This document shows positions 62,440 through 64,000 of a DNA stretch of 64,000 nucleotides, piece after piece. The stretch covers positions 128,001 through 192,000 of the forward strand of contig CAVUZH010000018.1 in assembly GCA_963745835.1 (NCBI GenBank), given 5' to 3'. The position numbers and the translations under genes were made by a program. Numbering within the stretch: the stretch's first letter is position 1; each line of letters begins with the position of its first letter. The stretch comes from an uncultured delta proteobacterium. GTDB taxonomy: Bacteria > Desulfobacterota > Binatia > UBA9968. Below the pieces are notes generated by a model that ran no database searches, was not told where the DNA came from, and saw nothing but the letters and a program-made list of their open reading frames with translations.

Positions 62440-62454
62440 AGGTAGCTATCATTC

Positions 62455-62811
62455 ATGGATCATTCTTATTTTCCTCTGGTCGTTCTATTTGCGCTGGCGG
62501 GATTCGTGGTTCTGGCTCTGCTCTTTATCGCCCAAAAGATCGGCCCAAAATCCAGCAATCCAGCAAAGATGGAGCCGTTTGAGTCGGGCAATCCGCCCAA
62601 AGGCGATGCGCGTATTCGTTTCTCGGTGCGGTTTTACTTAGTCGCTATGCTGTTTTTGATCTTCGATCTGGAAGTTGTGTTTCTTTATCCGTGGGCGATC
62701 TATTTTCGACAGCTGGGACTATTTGGATTAGTTCAAATGGGAATTTTCCTCACCATTCTTACTATCGGTTATGTGTACGTTTGGAAAAAGGGCGCGCTGG
62801 AATGGGACTGA
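62455..62811 (+). CDS. nuoA: NADH-quinone oxidoreductase subunit A
   Basis: KMEPFESG, FYLVAMLFLIFDLEVVFLYPWA, WKKGALEWD. Confidence 0.96.
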   Translation: MDHSYFPLVVLFALAGFVVLALLFIAQKIGPKSSNPAKMEPFESGNPPKGDARIRFSVRFYLVAMLFLIFDLEVVFLYPWAIYFRQLGLFGLVQMGIFLTILTIGYVYVWKKGALEWD

Positions 62812-62817
62812 TCGCCG

Positions 62818-63381
62818 ATGCCTGAGACCAGCCCAAGCCTCCAGGACATCCAGGACAAGCTCGGCGCCAAGGTTCTAGAGATTAGCCAGTTCCGCGGCGA
62901 CGACATCATCGTTCTTGACCCGGTGGATTTGAGAGAGAGTTTTCGTATACTGAAAGAAGATCCCAGGCTCCGCTTTGACTTTCTTTCTGACATCACTGCC
63001 GTTGACTACTGGAAAAAGAAAGAACCACGCTTCGAACTGGTTTACCAATTGCTCTGTTTGCAAAGCGGCAAACGATTGCGGGTGCGGGTGCCTGTGTCCG
63101 AGGAGAATGCCGCGATAGAATCGCTGACGCCGCTTTGGCGCGGCGCCAATTTTCTGGAGCGCGAAATTTGGGACTTGTTTGGCATTAAGTTTATCGATCA
63201 TCCGGATCTGCGGCGGATATTGCTGTTTGATGAATTCAAGGGTCATCCATTGCGCAAGGACTACCCGATCAATCAACAACAGCATCGGGTTCCGGAGCGG
63301 AAGGTCGAGGGAACTTTCGTCGACGAACGTTCACACAACAAGCTTTTGCGGTTGAAGAAAACTCTCGGGAGCAAAGATTAA
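62818..63381 (+). CDS. nuoC: NADH-quinone oxidoreductase subunit C
   Basis: DITAVDY, EREIWDLFGIKF, HPDLRRIL, GHPLRKDYP. Confidence 0.95.
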   Translation: MPETSPSLQDIQDKLGAKVLEISQFRGDDIIVLDPVDLRESFRILKEDPRLRFDFLSDITAVDYWKKKEPRFELVYQLLCLQSGKRLRVRVPVSEENAAIESLTPLWRGANFLEREIWDLFGIKFIDHPDLRRILLFDEFKGHPLRKDYPINQQQHRVPERKVEGTFVDERSHNKLLRLKKTLGSKD

Positions 63382-63382
63382 T

Positions 63383-64000
63383 ATGTCAGTGCCGGAAACG
63401 CACGACAGCGAAAATCTGCCGACGGAAGTCATGGAACTGCAGATGGGTCCATCCCATCCGGCAACCCATGGCACGATCAAATTCAATCTCAAGCTGGAAG
63501 GTGAGAAGGTCCTCGACTGCGATGTCGAAGTCGGTTATCTCCATCGCGGGTTTGCCAAAAGCTGCGAGAACGTGACCTGGACTCAGGTGATTCCTTATAC
63601 GGACCGGCTGAACTATGCGTCGCCGTTAATCAACAATGTCGGTTATGCCCTGGCGGTAGAAAAGCTGATCGGCGTCGAGACGCCGCCGCGGTGTCAGTAT
63701 ATTCGCGTAATCGTCAGCGAGCTGTCGCGTATCTTCGATCATCTTACCTGCTGTGGCATGTGTTGCTCCGAGCTCGGCGCGATCACCGTCGGCTTCTACA
63801 TGATCGAAGCCCGCGAAATGATAACGCGAATAGTTGAGGCCCTCACCGGGGCCCGCTTAACAGTCACTTACGTCCGCGTTGGCGGGGTCAAGCACGACCT
63901 GCCGGCTGGATTTTGCCGAGGAAGGGTCGAGCGCACCTTTAAGATCATTCGCAGGCTGTTGGAGGATTGCGACGGACTCCTGTCGCGCAACCGTATCTTT
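63383..64000 (+). CDS. nuoD: NADH-quinone oxidoreductase subunit D, truncated by the window end
   Basis: Translated from ATG 63383: MGPSHPATHG, GYLHRG, YTDRLNY, IRVIVSELSRI, TGARL. Confidence 0.93.
   Translation, partial: MSVPETHDSENLPTEVMELQMGPSHPATHGTIKFNLKLEGEKVLDCDVEVGYLHRGFAKSCENVTWTQVIPYTDRLNYASPLINNVGYALAVEKLIGVETPPRCQYIRVIVSELSRIFDHLTCCGMCCSELGAITVGFYMIEAREMITRIVEALTGARLTVTYVRVGGVKHDLPAGFCRGRVERTFKIIRRLLEDCDGLLSRNRIF

Noticed and set aside
63383-64000. NiFe hydrogenase large subunit, given the CxxC-like CCGMCC
   Set aside because: The position of the hydrogenase N-terminal RxCGxC motif reads DRLNY, as in NuoD, and the neighbours are nuoA and nuoC.

Overview
Bacterial chromosomal window; the gene style (many orphan ABC substrate-binding proteins, TcuA-like and VOC enzymes, deltaproteobacterial pil/nuo genes) suggests Candidatus Binatia or a related lineage, which is inference only. 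Many genes are split by short indels, including housekeeping rsmB, which looks like long-read assembly error rather than true pseudogenisation. Left to right: beta-propeller protein, ABC substrate-binding protein, dCache-HAMP-GAF-GAF histidine kinase; tRNA-Pro(CGG); priA-def-fmt-rsmB-rpe (minus); pilMNOPQ; a minor pilin cluster flanked by two paralogous secreted proteins; aroC-aroK-aroB-aroQ; a vWA protein facing a tatA-like/repeat-protein/TonB/ExbB/ExbD operon; ArnT-like glycosyltransferase, uppP, DedA, UPF0182, ABC permease; a five-enzyme operon (B12 radical SAM, SDR, FAD oxidoreductase, heme-oxygenase-like diiron enzyme, O-methyltransferase); DHH phosphoesterase-archease-RtcB; a duplicated VOC/TcuA-like region with ABC components; and the start of a nuo operon lacking nuoB. 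Top finding: rtcB has an in-frame TGA exactly at the metal-binding Cys of the GYDINCG motif, followed by a SECIS-like hairpin, so it is a candidate selenocysteine-containing RNA ligase.
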